Numbered from the stretch's first letter, positions 1 to 11,310 are shown. The stretch is 64,000 nucleotides of DNA from an uncultured Gemmatimonadales bacterium (GCA_963798085.1 CAWCRS010000007.1:1472001-1536000), one strand, 5' to 3'. The notes: a model not told the origin generated them from the letters alone. Numbers and translations are program-made.

Positions 1-108
1 GATCGCATCCTCTATGGCAAGTACAGCGGTACGGAAGTCACGGTGGGGGACGAGCAGTACCTGATCCTGCGTGAGACGGACGTGCTCGCGGTGATCAAGC
101 TGGGATAA
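1..108 (+). CDS. groES: Co-chaperonin GroES, 3' end only (runs off the window start)
   Basis: Frame 1 translates as [35 protein letters not shown], the GroES C-terminal signature, directly upstream of groEL. Confidence 0.96.
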   Translation, partial: DRILYGKYSGTEVTVGDEQYLILRETDVLAVIKLG

Positions 109-143
109 GGCAGGCAACACCAATCGCTGACGAACGGAGGTAG

Positions 144-1787
<1,644 letters not shown>

Positions 1788-1799
1788 CAGGTTCGGAGG

Positions 1800-2340
1800 C
1801 GGTTCTCGGGCCCGGACACGGGCTGGGAACGACAACGAATCTTCGGTCGGGAGGCGGGGGTCCTGCAAGGGGCCCCCGCCTCTGCCTTCTCGGAGGCAGG
1901 GGTTCGTCCGGGGACTCGACCGAACGTCGTTGCTCGGGCCGGTGGCTGGAGACTCATTGCCTGAGGAACGGTTCCTGTCTGCAGCTGGCTCGCATCCGGA
2001 CCGGGACGCGCGCGGCCACAGACGATGCCGGCGGCACGCGCGTCCGCCATTGCACTCTAACAGGCTGCAAGGGGGTTCCATTTGTCACCCGCTGTCGCTG
2101 CGTACGCCGACGACTGTCGTACACGCCGCTGTTAGTGCCACACCGGCCCGGGGCCGCAACGCCGCCGGTCCGTTCCCGGCAAACCAGTCCGGGCAGCGCC
2201 GTTCGGTCCGTATCCGTTTCCAGCAACCAGCCCGGGCAACCAGCGCCAGCAACGCCGTTCGGCGTGTAGTGCGTTCCCCAGCAACCAGCCGAGCAAACGC
2301 CGTTCGGTCCGTACCGAGCAACGCATTCTCCGGACAACGG
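1800..2340. repeat. Intergenic cluster of degenerate repeats (core CAGCAACGCCGTTCGG) forming two oppositely oriented arms
   Basis: About four imperfect tandem units at 2156-2325 and reverse-orientation units at 1806-1950; segments recur at 20930-21325. Confidence 0.75.
1851..1882 (+). terminator. GC-rich hairpin downstream of groEL, probable terminator
   Basis: GAGGCGGGGGTCCT-GCAA-GGGGCCCCCGCCTC stem with GCAA loop; weak U-tract. Confidence 0.55.
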
Positions 2341-2342
2341 AA

Positions 2343-2373
2343 CGAGCCCACGCGCCTGCGCTGCGTGGGCTCG
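2343..2373 (-). terminator. Hairpin downstream of the SodC-like gene
   Basis: CGAGCCCACGC...GCGTGGGCTCG perfect 11-bp stem. Confidence 0.5.
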
Positions 2374-2408
2374 CACCTGCGTCAGTGGGTCGTGGGTTTT
2401 CGGGCGCG

Positions 2409-2945
2409 CTACCGGATGGGCGCGCAGACCACGGTCTGGCCCGGGTTGGTGCCGTCACGCTCGTGCACGTGCAGACTGTACTGCCCGTCGTGCAACTGCT
2501 GCTGCGACAGCTTGTCGGCCGGAATGGTCACGTCTGCCGTGGCGTGGCCATTCGCATCGGGCGTGATCGCCGCGCCGATGCCCTTCAGGGTCTCGGTATC
2601 CGTGATGGCCAGTACGATCGGGCCATCCGCGTCACACCCGGCCTGGTGCACGTGCCAGGCGTGCGCGCCCTGAGCCAGACCGTTCAGGTCGACTTCGAGA
2701 CGGGTGTCACCATTACTCTCGCCCGTGATGAGCACGGTGCCGGTGACGTTGGCGCCGGCGGGGCCAGGCGTGAATGCCACGGAGTGCGCCGCTTCCAGCG
2801 CACTCACCGTGGCCATGGTGTCCGGGCGCGCCGTCTCCTGTGCGCTGCTGGCGCTCGAGTCGGCCGAGGTACGCGGTCCGCAGGCCCCAAGGACGGCCGT
2901 GCCCAGAAGCAGGGGCAGCGAATGCAACAGCTTGTTCGACTTCAT
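2409..2945 (-). CDS. Cu/Zn superoxide dismutase-like (SodC-fold) lipoprotein
   Basis: Signal peptide with lipobox LGAC; HAWHVH...C, SLHVHE and C-terminal VVCAPI motifs; GGAGG RBS before ATG 2945 (the ORF track start at 3527 is overextended). Confidence 0.72.
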   Translation of the reverse strand: MKSNKLLHSLPLLLGTAVLGACGPRTSADSSASSAQETARPDTMATVSALEAAHSVAFTPGPAGANVTGTVLITGESNGDTRLEVDLNGLAQGAHAWHVHQAGCDADGPIVLAITDTETLKGIGAAITPDANGHATADVTIPADKLSQQQLHDGQYSLHVHERDGTNPGQTVVCAPIR

Positions 2946-3057
2946 GGCTTCCTCCGGTGAATCGGGTAACAGACAGTCATCGGGTTGCGCGTGTGCGTTC
3001 CTTTCCGCATTCGATCCGGCGCGGACGACGCACGCTGCGCATCGCCCGCGCCGGCCT

Positions 3058-3207
3058 TCAGACGACGCGTCTGCCCGTGATGAGCTGAAGCAGCAGCACG
3101 GCCACTGCGATGACGAGCAGCAGCCAGATCCAGCCGCCCAGTGTGTAGGAGCTGATGAGCCCGAGGAACCACAGTACCAGCAGAATGAGGAATATCGTCC
3201 AGAGCAC
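3058..3207 (-). CDS. Small membrane protein, lmo0937/DUF5670-like (49 aa)
   Basis: MLWTIFLILLVLWFLGLISSYTLGGWIWLLLVIAVAVLLLQLITGRRVV; GGGAGGGA RBS before GTG. Confidence 0.85.
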   Translation of the reverse strand: MLWTIFLILLVLWFLGLISSYTLGGWIWLLLVIAVAVLLLQLITGRRVV

Positions 3208-3695
3208 GGTTCCCTCCCGCGAAGCATCACCATCGATGTGCGACTCCCGCACATCGCGGGGGCGAATGCCGTGGGTTTGCGCATTCGCGATCGCGGCGAG
3301 GCACCGGGCGGCGCGCGTACGCACAATCCACCCCCGCCGCCGCGCGCATCCACTTGCGTACGCGCGGCCGTTCCGGTGCAGCAACGCCGCTGATTTTCCC
3401 CTCGTGCTTTCCCGTGGAGGCAACTCGCGTACCAGACGCTCGGCGCGCGGGCGGCCGACGCCGGATGCGTGTGCGCGGCTGCGCTTGACGTACGGCCCGC
3501 GCGCGGCCATTTTTTCGTGTCACGCACGCGGAGCCTGTCATGCGAACGCTGCCCGGAAGCACCACCGCAACCCGCCGGTTCACCGGCAAGGGTGGGTCGC
3601 GCGCCTGAGCATTGGTATCGCAGGTCGGGTCAGCGCGGTCCCTCCCAGTGGAGCGGGCCGCGTTTTCGTTTGTGCGCACTCACCATGCATCCGGA

Positions 3696-5621
3696 ATGCA
3701 GAGCCACATGATCGAGATCCGTCTGCCGGACGGCAAAGTCCTCGAGATGGAGTCGCCCACGACTGCGCGCCGCGTGGCGGAGCGCATTGGTCCGGGCCTG
3801 GCACGCGCCGCCATCGCGGCGCGCACGAATGGCAACATCATCGAGCTGGATCGACCGATCGAGTCGAGTACGGGACTCGAGATTCTGACCGAGCGCAGTC
3901 CGCAGGCGCTCAATGTGCTGCGTCATTCCGCCGCGCACGTACTGGCCACGGCCGTGCGACAGGTGCGGCCAGGCGCGGGCATTGGCTTCGGTCCGTCCAT
4001 CCAGGACGGGTTCTACTACGACTTCGAGGTGGATCATCCCTTCACGCCGGATGAGCTGGAGCGCATCGAGACCGCCATGCGTGAGGTGGCCGGTCACAAT
4101 GATGCGTTTGAACGCCGCGCAGTCACGAAGCAGGAGGCGAGAGAACTGTTCGCCGACGATCCGCTGAAGCTGGAGCGACTGGAAGAGCTGGGGCCGGATG
4201 AGGTCATCACCGTCTATCGCAACGGCCCGTTCCTCGATCTGTGCCGCGGGCCGCACGTGCCCTCCACGGGCTACGTGAAGCATTTCAAGCTGCTCCATAC
4301 GGCGGGCGCGTACTGGCGGGGCGACGAACACCGGCAGATGCTGCAGCGCATCTACGGCACGGCGTGGTTCAACCAGAAAGACCTCGACGAATACCTCGAG
4401 CGACTGGAGGAGGCGCGTCGTCGCGATCATCGCGTGCTGGGCACTGCGCTCGACCTGTTCTCCGTCGATCAGCGCGTGGGCCCGGGCCTGATTCTGTGGC
4501 ATCCCAGAGGCGCGATCATACGCAGCGAGATCGAGAACTACGAGCGCGAGCTGATCGTGCGCCACGGCTACGACCTGGTGTACACGCCGCACATCGTGAG
4601 CGAGAAGCTGTTCGAGATCTCGGGCCATCTGGAGAATTTCCGCGAGAACATGTTCGGCGCCATGGAAGTGGAGGGCGCGAAATACCGGCCCAAGCCCATG
4701 AACTGTCCGGGGCACATCGCCATCTACCAGTCACGACAGCGCTCCTACCGCGACCTGCCGCTGCGCTACGCCGAGTTCGGCACCGTCTACCGCTACGAGC
4801 GCAGTGGCGTGCTGCACGGGATGCTGCGCGTGCGCGGTTTCACGCAGGACGACGCGCACGTGTTCTGCACGCCGGAGCAGGTGCCGCAGGAGATCGCGCG
4901 GCTGCTCGACCTGGTGCACGAGATGCTGCAAACATTCGGTTATCCGTACACCATCGAGCTGTCCACCATGCCGGCCAAGGCACTGGGCACGGAGGCGCAG
5001 TGGCGCCACGCCGAGAAGCAGCTGGCGGCGGTGCTGGAGGGCAGGGAACAGGCGTACGAGCTGGACGAAGGTGGCGGCGCGTTCTACGGACCGAAGCTCG
5101 ACTTCAAGCTGATCGACGCGATCGGCCGCAAATGGCAGGGGCCCACCGTGCAGCTGGACTTCAACCTGCCGGAGCGGTTCGCGCTCGAGTACGTGGGCGA
5201 GGACAACAGCCGGCACCAGCCCGTGATGCTGCACCGCGTGCTGGTGGGTTCCATGGAGCGCTTCGTGGGCGGGCTCATCGAGCATTACGCCGGCGCATTC
5301 CCGCTGTGGCTGGCTCCCGAGCAGGTGCGCGTGCTGGCCATCACGGATGAAGTGCTGGGCAGTGCCGAAGCCCTGGACGCGGAGCTGCGCGCCGCCGGAC
5401 TGCGCTCGGGTCTCGACCGCCGCTCGGAGACGCTCAACTACCGCATCCGCGATGCCGAGACGCACAAGGTGCCGTACATGGCTGTCGTCGGTCCGCGGGA
5501 GGCGGCCCAGGGCACCGTGGCCGTGCGCCGGCGAGGCGCGGGCAACAAACAGGAAGTCATGTCACGGGAACTGTTCCGCGCGCGGCTGCTGGGGGAGGTC
5601 CGGAGTCGCAGCCTGGGCTGA
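3696..5621 (+). CDS. thrS: Threonyl-tRNA synthetase
   Basis: RHSAAHVLA, DLCRGPHVP, AYWRGDE, KPMNCPGH, FTQDDAH, GAFYGPKLD; start 3696 or 3708. Confidence 0.98.
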   Translation: MQSHMIEIRLPDGKVLEMESPTTARRVAERIGPGLARAAIAARTNGNIIELDRPIESSTGLEILTERSPQALNVLRHSAAHVLATAVRQVRPGAGIGFGPSIQDGFYYDFEVDHPFTPDELERIETAMREVAGHNDAFERRAVTKQEARELFADDPLKLERLEELGPDEVITVYRNGPFLDLCRGPHVPSTGYVKHFKLLHTAGAYWRGDEHRQMLQRIYGTAWFNQKDLDEYLERLEEARRRDHRVLGTALDLFSVDQRVGPGLILWHPRGAIIRSEIENYERELIVRHGYDLVYTPHIVSEKLFEISGHLENFRENMFGAMEVEGAKYRPKPMNCPGHIAIYQSRQRSYRDLPLRYAEFGTVYRYERSGVLHGMLRVRGFTQDDAHVFCTPEQVPQEIARLLDLVHEMLQTFGYPYTIELSTMPAKALGTEAQWRHAEKQLAAVLEGREQAYELDEGGGAFYGPKLDFKLIDAIGRKWQGPTVQLDFNLPERFALEYVGEDNSRHQPVMLHRVLVGSMERFVGGLIEHYAGAFPLWLAPEQVRVLAITDEVLGSAEALDAELRAAGLRSGLDRRSETLNYRIRDAETHKVPYMAVVGPREAAQGTVAVRRRGAGNKQEVMSRELFRARLLGEVRSRSLG

Positions 5622-5638
5622 GCCGAGCGCATGCCAGC

Positions 5639-5668
5639 TTGACACAAGCTCAAGCGGGGCCTTAGGTT
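5639..5668 (+). promoter_or_regulatory. Sigma70-type promoter for infC-rpmI-rplT
   Basis: TTGACA-N18-TAGGTT. Confidence 0.6.
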
Positions 5669-5851
5669 CAGGGTCCGAAAAAGTGGGGAAGCGGGCGGGC
5701 TCGAGTCCGCCTCACCTTTCGGTCCGCTCCAGCGGTACCGCCGGGTCAGCGAATGGAAAACGAACCGCGTGCGCGCGGCTCGTCTTCTTTCCGGCGGGGT
5801 CTGCGAATGCAGGCCCCGTTCATTTTCCCCAAAGAGCCTGGAGGCTGCGCC

Positions 5852-6368
5852 ATATCGACGGAAAAGAGAGTTCGCGTCAATCGTCAGATTCGCATCAGCC
5901 CCGTGCGGGTGATTTCGGCCGAAGGCAATCAGAATGGGCATCATGGCCGTGGAAGATGCGCTGGCGGCAGCAGAGAGTTCGGGCCTGGATCTGGTCGAGG
6001 TGGCGCCCAATGCGCGGCCGCCCGTCGTCCGGATCATGGACTATGGCAAGTTCAAGTATGAGGAAGCCAGAAAGGCCCGACTGGCGCGCAAGAAGCAGCA
6101 TCAGATCCACATCAAGGAAGTAAAGTTCAGGCCCGGCATCGAGCCGCACGATTTTGCGTTCAAGGTGCGGAACGCGCGTCGCTTCCTCGAGGAGGGCGAC
6201 AAGGTGAAAGCGACGATGATGTTCCGGGGCCGTCAGGTGGCGCTGCCCGAGATGGGCCGTGAAGTATTGCGGCGAGTGGCCGACGTGCTGCAGGACGTGG
6301 GCAAGGTGGAAGTCGAACCGGCCATGGAAGGTCGCACCATGACCATGGTCCTGGGTCCCAGGAAGTAG
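5852..6368 (+). CDS. infC: Translation initiation factor IF-3, ATA start codon, one apparent frameshift near 5932
   Basis: GGAGG (5840-5844) then [16 protein letters not shown]; continues in another frame as [10 protein letters not shown]...[26 protein letters not shown]. Confidence 0.95.
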
Positions 6369-6396
6369 CGGGGCGAGAGTCCCGAAGCGAGATGAG

Positions 6397-6597
6397 ATGC
6401 CAAAGACAAAGATGAAGACGAACAAGAGCGTGGCGAAGCGCTTCCGCGTGACATCGAGTGGCAAGGTCAAGCGGCAGCACGCCTTCAAGAGCCACATTCT
6501 GACCAAGAAGACCTCCAAACGGAAGCGCCGGCTGCGCAAGTCCGATCTGTGTGCGCCGGGCGACGCACGGCGCATCAAGCGGATGCTGCGGGGCTGA
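6397..6597 (+). CDS. rpmI: 50S ribosomal protein L35
   Basis: [22 protein letters not shown]...HILTKK; infC-rpmI-rplT synteny. Confidence 0.97.
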   Translation: MPKTKMKTNKSVAKRFRVTSSGKVKRQHAFKSHILTKKTSKRKRRLRKSDLCAPGDARRIKRMLRG

Positions 6598-6610
6598 GGA
6601 GGAGGCTGTC

Positions 6611-6976
6611 ATGGCGAGAACAACGAACGCGGTGCCACGGCATCGCAAGAAGCGGCGCATCTTTCGCGCAGCGCGCGGTTATTTTGGCGGTCGCTCCAAG
6701 CTCTGGCGCATTGCGAAGAACGCGGTCGAGCGGGGCTGGCAGTACGCGTACCGCGATCGCAAGCAGCGCAAGCGCGAGTTCCGCCGCCTCTGGATCACGC
6801 GCATCAACGCGGCCGTCCGCCTGCACGACGCGGAGCTCAACTACTCGCGCTTCATGAACGGGCTCCGCAAGTCGGGAGTGGAAGTGAACCGCAAGGTTCT
6901 CGCGGACCTTGCCGTACACGACGCGGCCGCCTTCGCCGAGCTGGTACGCCAGGCCAAGGCCGGACTCATGGTCTGA
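6611..6976 (+). CDS. rplT: 50S ribosomal protein L20
   Basis: ARGYFGGRS, AYRDRKQRKREFRRLWITRINAA, NRKVLADLA; GGAGG RBS. Confidence 0.98.
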   Translation: MARTTNAVPRHRKKRRIFRAARGYFGGRSKLWRIAKNAVERGWQYAYRDRKQRKREFRRLWITRINAAVRLHDAELNYSRFMNGLRKSGVEVNRKVLADLAVHDAAAFAELVRQAKAGLMV

Positions 6977-7149
6977 GGCGGGAGGGCCGGCGCTGCACCG
7001 GCCCTGCGTTCCCGCGGTCTGCGCAGGCTCGCGCGTGGTTGGCGCAATGATTCCCGAACAAGGAGCGGCGGGCGCGTGTCGCCTGCGCGACCACAGGGTC
7101 CGGGCCCGGCGCACGGACAGGGGTCGCGCGCTGCCGCTTTTCCGAGACG

Positions 7150-8184
7150 ATGCCGGCGAATGATTCTCTGATCGACCAGATCACCGCGCTGCAGGCGGAA
7201 GCCGAACAGGCGGTTAGTGCGGTGCGCACGGAAGCGGAGCTGGAGGTGGCACGGGTCCGCTTCCTCGGGCGCAAGGAAGGCCGCCTCACGGCCATCATGC
7301 GCGGCCTGGGCAGCCTGCCCGCGGAAGCGCGACCGGCGGTGGGCGAAGCCTCCAATCGCGCGAAACAGCATATAACAGAACTGCTGGACGCGGCTGCGGC
7401 GCGCATCGGTGCGGGCGGCCCGAGCGCGGGTGCACGGCTGGACCTCACGCTGCCGGGCCGTCACGCCTGGACGGGAGGGCGGCACCCGGTCACCCTCGTG
7501 ATCGACGAGATCTGTCGCGTCCTGGGCGACCTGGGCTTCACCCGTGCACGCGGCCCGGAAGCGGAGACCGACTGGTACAACTTCGTCGCCTTGAACACGT
7601 CGCTGGACCATCCGGCGGCGGACATGCACGACACGTTCTACCTGGCGCCCGGCGTGCTGCTGCGCAGTCACACCTCGCCGGTGCAGATCCGCACCATGCA
7701 GCAGTATCAGCCGCCCATCCGGATTCTGGCGCCGGGCATGTGCTACCGGCGCGACCCGTTCAATGCCTCGCACGCGCCCGCCTTCGAACAGCTCGAGGGA
7801 CTGGCCGTGGACGAAGGCATCACCTTCGTCGACTTCAAGGCGACGATCGCCGAATTCGCGCGCGGTCTGTTCGGGCCGGAAACACGCGTGCGCTTCCGCC
7901 CATCGTTCTTTCCGTTCACGGAGCCCTCCGCCGAGGTGGATGTCAGTTGCATCATCTGCCGCGGGCGAGGCTGCAGTGTGTGCAAGGGCACGGGCTGGCT
8001 CGAGATCATGGGCTCCGGCATGGTGCATCCGAAGGTGCTGGAAACCGTGGGTTATGATGCCGGGCGCTACACCGGTTTCGCCTTCGGCATGGGCCCGGCG
8101 CGCATTGCGCTCGTGCGCTACGGCATTCCCGATATCCGCCTGCTCTACGAAGCGGACACGCGCTTCCTCGAGCAGTTCGTGTGA
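7150..8184 (+). CDS. pheS: Phenylalanyl-tRNA synthetase alpha subunit
   Basis: HPAADMHDTFY, LLRSHTSPVQIR, FRPSFFPFTEPSAE, GFAFGMG. Confidence 0.98.
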   Translation: MPANDSLIDQITALQAEAEQAVSAVRTEAELEVARVRFLGRKEGRLTAIMRGLGSLPAEARPAVGEASNRAKQHITELLDAAAARIGAGGPSAGARLDLTLPGRHAWTGGRHPVTLVIDEICRVLGDLGFTRARGPEAETDWYNFVALNTSLDHPAADMHDTFYLAPGVLLRSHTSPVQIRTMQQYQPPIRILAPGMCYRRDPFNASHAPAFEQLEGLAVDEGITFVDFKATIAEFARGLFGPETRVRFRPSFFPFTEPSAEVDVSCIICRGRGCSVCKGTGWLEIMGSGMVHPKVLETVGYDAGRYTGFAFGMGPARIALVRYGIPDIRLLYEADTRFLEQFV

Positions 8185-8188
8185 TGCC

Positions 8189-10582
8189 ATGAACGTGAGT
8201 CATCGCTGGCTGCGCGAGCTGCTGCCCTCGCTGAGCGATCCGGCGCGCGTCGTGGCCGAGCGCCTGGCCATGCTGGGGGCGCCGGTCGACGAAGTGCTCG
8301 CCCTGGGCGAGCCGCTCCGCGACATCCGCATTGCGCGCGTCCTCGAGGTGCGTCGCCATCCCAACGCGGACCGGCTATCACTCTGTCAGGTCGATGCCGG
8401 CACGGGGCTCGCGCTGAGCGTCGTGTGCGGCGCGCCCAACGTGCGTGCGGGTGCGTGCTATCCCTTCGCGCCCGCCGGCGCCCGCCTCCCGGACGGCACG
8501 GCCATCCGCCGCTCGAAGATCCGTGGCGAAGAGAGCAACGGCATGTTGTGCAGCGCGGCCGAGCTGCAGCTGGGTCGCGATCATGATGGCATTCTCGAGC
8601 TGCACGGCGAGTTCCAGCCGGGCGCGAGCTTCGTGGATGCCGTGGGCCTGAACGACACGCGCCTGGTCATCGATGTCACGCCCAACCGGCCCGACCTGCT
8701 GTCGCACTGGGGTGTGGCACGCGAGCTGGCCGCCGCGGGCGAGGCGGACATGCTGCTGCCCGCATTTCCCGGTCAGCAGGCCGAGCGGCCCGGGGCCGCG
8801 CTTCGTCTGCTGCGCGGCGACGCCAGCGTCGCGGCCGCGGGTGTGCGCATTACCCTCGAGGACGGCGAAGGCTGCCCGCGCTACCTGGGCACTCTGCTGC
8901 GGGGCCTGCACATCGCGCCTTCGCCGGAGTGGCTGGCGTCGCGGCTGCGCGCCGTGGGGCTGCGCCCGATCAACAATGTGGTGGATGCGACTAACTGGGT
9001 GTTGTACGAGCTGGGCCAGCCGCTGCACGCCTTCGACCTGCGCGCGCTGGGCGATACCATCGTGGTGCGGCGGGCGCGCGCGGGCGAAGCCCTGGTCACG
9101 CTGGATGGCGAGACGCGCCGGCTGACGCCCGCTGTCCTGGTGATCGCCGACGCGCAGCGCCCGGTCGCGCTGGCCGGCATCATGGGTGGTCGCGAGACCG
9201 AGGTGAGGGCGGACACGACGGACGTGCTGCTGGAGTGCGCGCTCTTCGCGCCGCAGACGGTGCGGGCGGGTCGTCGCCTTCTCGGCATGAACACGGACGC
9301 GAGCTACCGCTTCGAGCGCGGCGTGGATCCGGACATGATGGAACGGGCGCTGGGTCGCGCGGTCGACCTGATCTGTGCCACCGCCGGCGGCCGGCCTGAA
9401 CTCGACGTCCCTTTTGCGGACGCCGGGCTGCCGTTAGCCGCCATGATCGAGCTGCGCGCGGCGCGCGCCGTGCAGGTGCTGGGCGTACCGGTGTCGCTGG
9501 ACGAGATGACAGCACTGTTGCGGCCGCTCGGTTTCACGATCCAGGCTACGACGCCGCACGCACTGTCCGCGCGCGTCCCCGGGCACCGCCGCTATGATGT
9601 GTTCGGCGAGGCTGACCTCATCGAAGAGGTGGCGCGGCGGAGGGGATACGACACATTCCCCGACGAGCTGCGCCCTTTTCGTCCGAGTGCCGTGCCCGAC
9701 AACGGGGTGGCCCGGCTCGAGGATCGGCTGCGCGATGGTCTGGTCGCGCGCGGGTTCCTCGAATCGCGGGGTATGCCGCTGGTCCCGGAACGCGATGGCG
9801 ATGTCGCGCTGCTGCTGCCATTGGCGCTCACCGAGAGCCGTCTGCGGCGGGCACTGTTGCCGGGACTCACGCATCGCGTGGAAGCCAACTTCAATCGTGG
9901 GGCACGGGATGTCCGGCTCTTCGAGATCGGCACGGTGTTCGCGCCTGGTGGCGAGGGTGGCCTGCCGCGCGAGGCGACGCACCTGGCCGCGATCATGACC
10001 GGCGGTCGTTCGCCTGAGCACTGGAGCGGCCCGGTCCCGGTCTTCGACGTCTGGGACCTCAAGGGGCTGCTCGAAGAGCTGGCCGATGAACTGGGCGGTG
10101 CCGTGCGCGCTGCGGAAGCTGGCGCGGGCGATCGTCTCGAAATGGTAGTGGGCGAGCCAGCGCGTATTGCGGGCGAGGCGTCGCGCGTACCGCCGGAGAG
10201 CATGGATGCGCCGGCCTGGGCCGCGCCGGTCTGGGGCCTGGAGATTGAACTGCTGCCATCGATGACGGCCCGACCGGGGGTAATGGCGCGCGCACTGCCC
10301 GCGCAGCCTGCGGTGGATCGGGACATCGCGCTGATCGCCCCGGAAGCGGTCACGGCGCAGGCACTGCTGCAGGCGCTTCGCGAGAGTGGCGGCCCGCTGC
10401 TCGAGACGGCGTATCCGTTCGATGTCTACGTGGGCGAGGGTATTCCCGCGGGGCGGCGCAGCATTGCGTTCCGGCTGCGCTTCCGGGCGGCAGACCGTAC
10501 GTTGACGGTGGCGGAGGTGGATGCGGTGCTGGGTCGCATCCTCGAGCGGCTGAAGCAGGAGCACCATGCCGAGCGACGCTGA
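8189..10582 (+). CDS. pheT: Phenylalanyl-tRNA synthetase beta subunit
   Basis: HPNADRL, VVCGAPNV, TPNRPDLLS, INNVVD, ASYRFERGVD, FDX-ACB C-terminus. Confidence 0.98.
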   Translation: MNVSHRWLRELLPSLSDPARVVAERLAMLGAPVDEVLALGEPLRDIRIARVLEVRRHPNADRLSLCQVDAGTGLALSVVCGAPNVRAGACYPFAPAGARLPDGTAIRRSKIRGEESNGMLCSAAELQLGRDHDGILELHGEFQPGASFVDAVGLNDTRLVIDVTPNRPDLLSHWGVARELAAAGEADMLLPAFPGQQAERPGAALRLLRGDASVAAAGVRITLEDGEGCPRYLGTLLRGLHIAPSPEWLASRLRAVGLRPINNVVDATNWVLYELGQPLHAFDLRALGDTIVVRRARAGEALVTLDGETRRLTPAVLVIADAQRPVALAGIMGGRETEVRADTTDVLLECALFAPQTVRAGRRLLGMNTDASYRFERGVDPDMMERALGRAVDLICATAGGRPELDVPFADAGLPLAAMIELRAARAVQVLGVPVSLDEMTALLRPLGFTIQATTPHALSARVPGHRRYDVFGEADLIEEVARRRGYDTFPDELRPFRPSAVPDNGVARLEDRLRDGLVARGFLESRGMPLVPERDGDVALLLPLALTESRLRRALLPGLTHRVEANFNRGARDVRLFEIGTVFAPGGEGGLPREATHLAAIMTGGRSPEHWSGPVPVFDVWDLKGLLEELADELGGAVRAAEAGAGDRLEMVVGEPARIAGEASRVPPESMDAPAWAAPVWGLEIELLPSMTARPGVMARALPAQPAVDRDIALIAPEAVTAQALLQALRESGGPLLETAYPFDVYVGEGIPAGRRSIAFRLRFRAADRTLTVAEVDAVLGRILERLKQEHHAERR

Positions 10583-10868
10583 TTCTGCGGCAATTCCGGG
10601 TTGGAACGAACTCGAGCAGACGGTGCGCCGACTGCTCGACGATCACGACGCGCTGCGCCAGCGCGCGGCGGCTGCCGAGAAGCGCGCGGGCGAGCTGGAG
10701 CGCGCGCTGCACGATGTCTCCGGTGGCCGCATCGACCCGATGGCGCTGGCCGAGCGCGCGCGTGCGCTGGAGCACGAGAATCGCGAACTGCACACGCGTC
10801 TCGATCATGCGCGTGAAACGGTGCAGCGGCTGCTGGCGCGTGTCCGCTTCAGTGAGGAGGAATCGTGA
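10566..10868 (+). CDS. Coiled-coil protein, probable cell division protein ZapB-like
   Basis: 100-aa heptad-rich protein between pheT and zapA, the usual position. Confidence 0.6.
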   Translation: MPSDADSAAIPGWNELEQTVRRLLDDHDALRQRAAAAEKRAGELERALHDVSGGRIDPMALAERARALEHENRELHTRLDHARETVQRLLARVRFSEEES

Positions 10869-11185
10869 GCGAGCCCGTTCGTCGCACGGTCGTCACCGTA
10901 CAAATCGCCGGAGAAGACTACACGATCCGCACGGACGAAAGCGACGAGTACACACGCGACTGTGCTCGCTTCGTGGATCGCACGGTGCGCGACATTATCG
11001 AGGGCGCGACCTCGCTGCCGCCGCACAAGGCTTCCGTCCTCGCCGCGATGGCCATCACGGACCAGCTGTTCAAGGCGCAGCGCGAGGCGGAAACCGCGCG
11101 CGCCGCGGCGGCGGGCCGGGCAAGGGCGTTGACGGCCGAGATCGCGCGACACCTCGAGCCGGGCAGCCTTGCGACCGCTTCCTGA
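10865..11185 (+). CDS. zapA: Cell division protein ZapA
   Basis: VTVQIAGEDYTIR...ARFVDRTV...VLAAMAITDQLF. Confidence 0.9.
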   Translation: MSEPVRRTVVTVQIAGEDYTIRTDESDEYTRDCARFVDRTVRDIIEGATSLPPHKASVLAAMAITDQLFKAQREAETARAAAAGRARALTAEIARHLEPGSLATAS

Positions 11186-11310
11186 GCCGCCCTACCTTGC
11201 CGCTGCGGCGCTCCCTTCCGCGAGCGCGGCCAATTGTAGTGCGGGGGCCGTATTGATGATGGCCGGACGTCGCCTTCCCGAGGCGCCCCGGGCGCCTTTC
11301 TGGAGAGATC

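Noticed and set aside
2156..2325. Possible CRISPR array
   Set aside because: Units are degenerate and of uneven length, there are no distinct spacers, and no cas genes are in the window
5925..5940. Programmed frameshifting in infC, rpsA, accC or xseA
   Set aside because: No slippery heptamers or stimulatory structures seen, and indels are widespread, consistent with sequencing error
11186..11310. 6S RNA, often found downstream of zapA
   Set aside because: Only ~125 nt available and no long central-bubble hairpin recognisable
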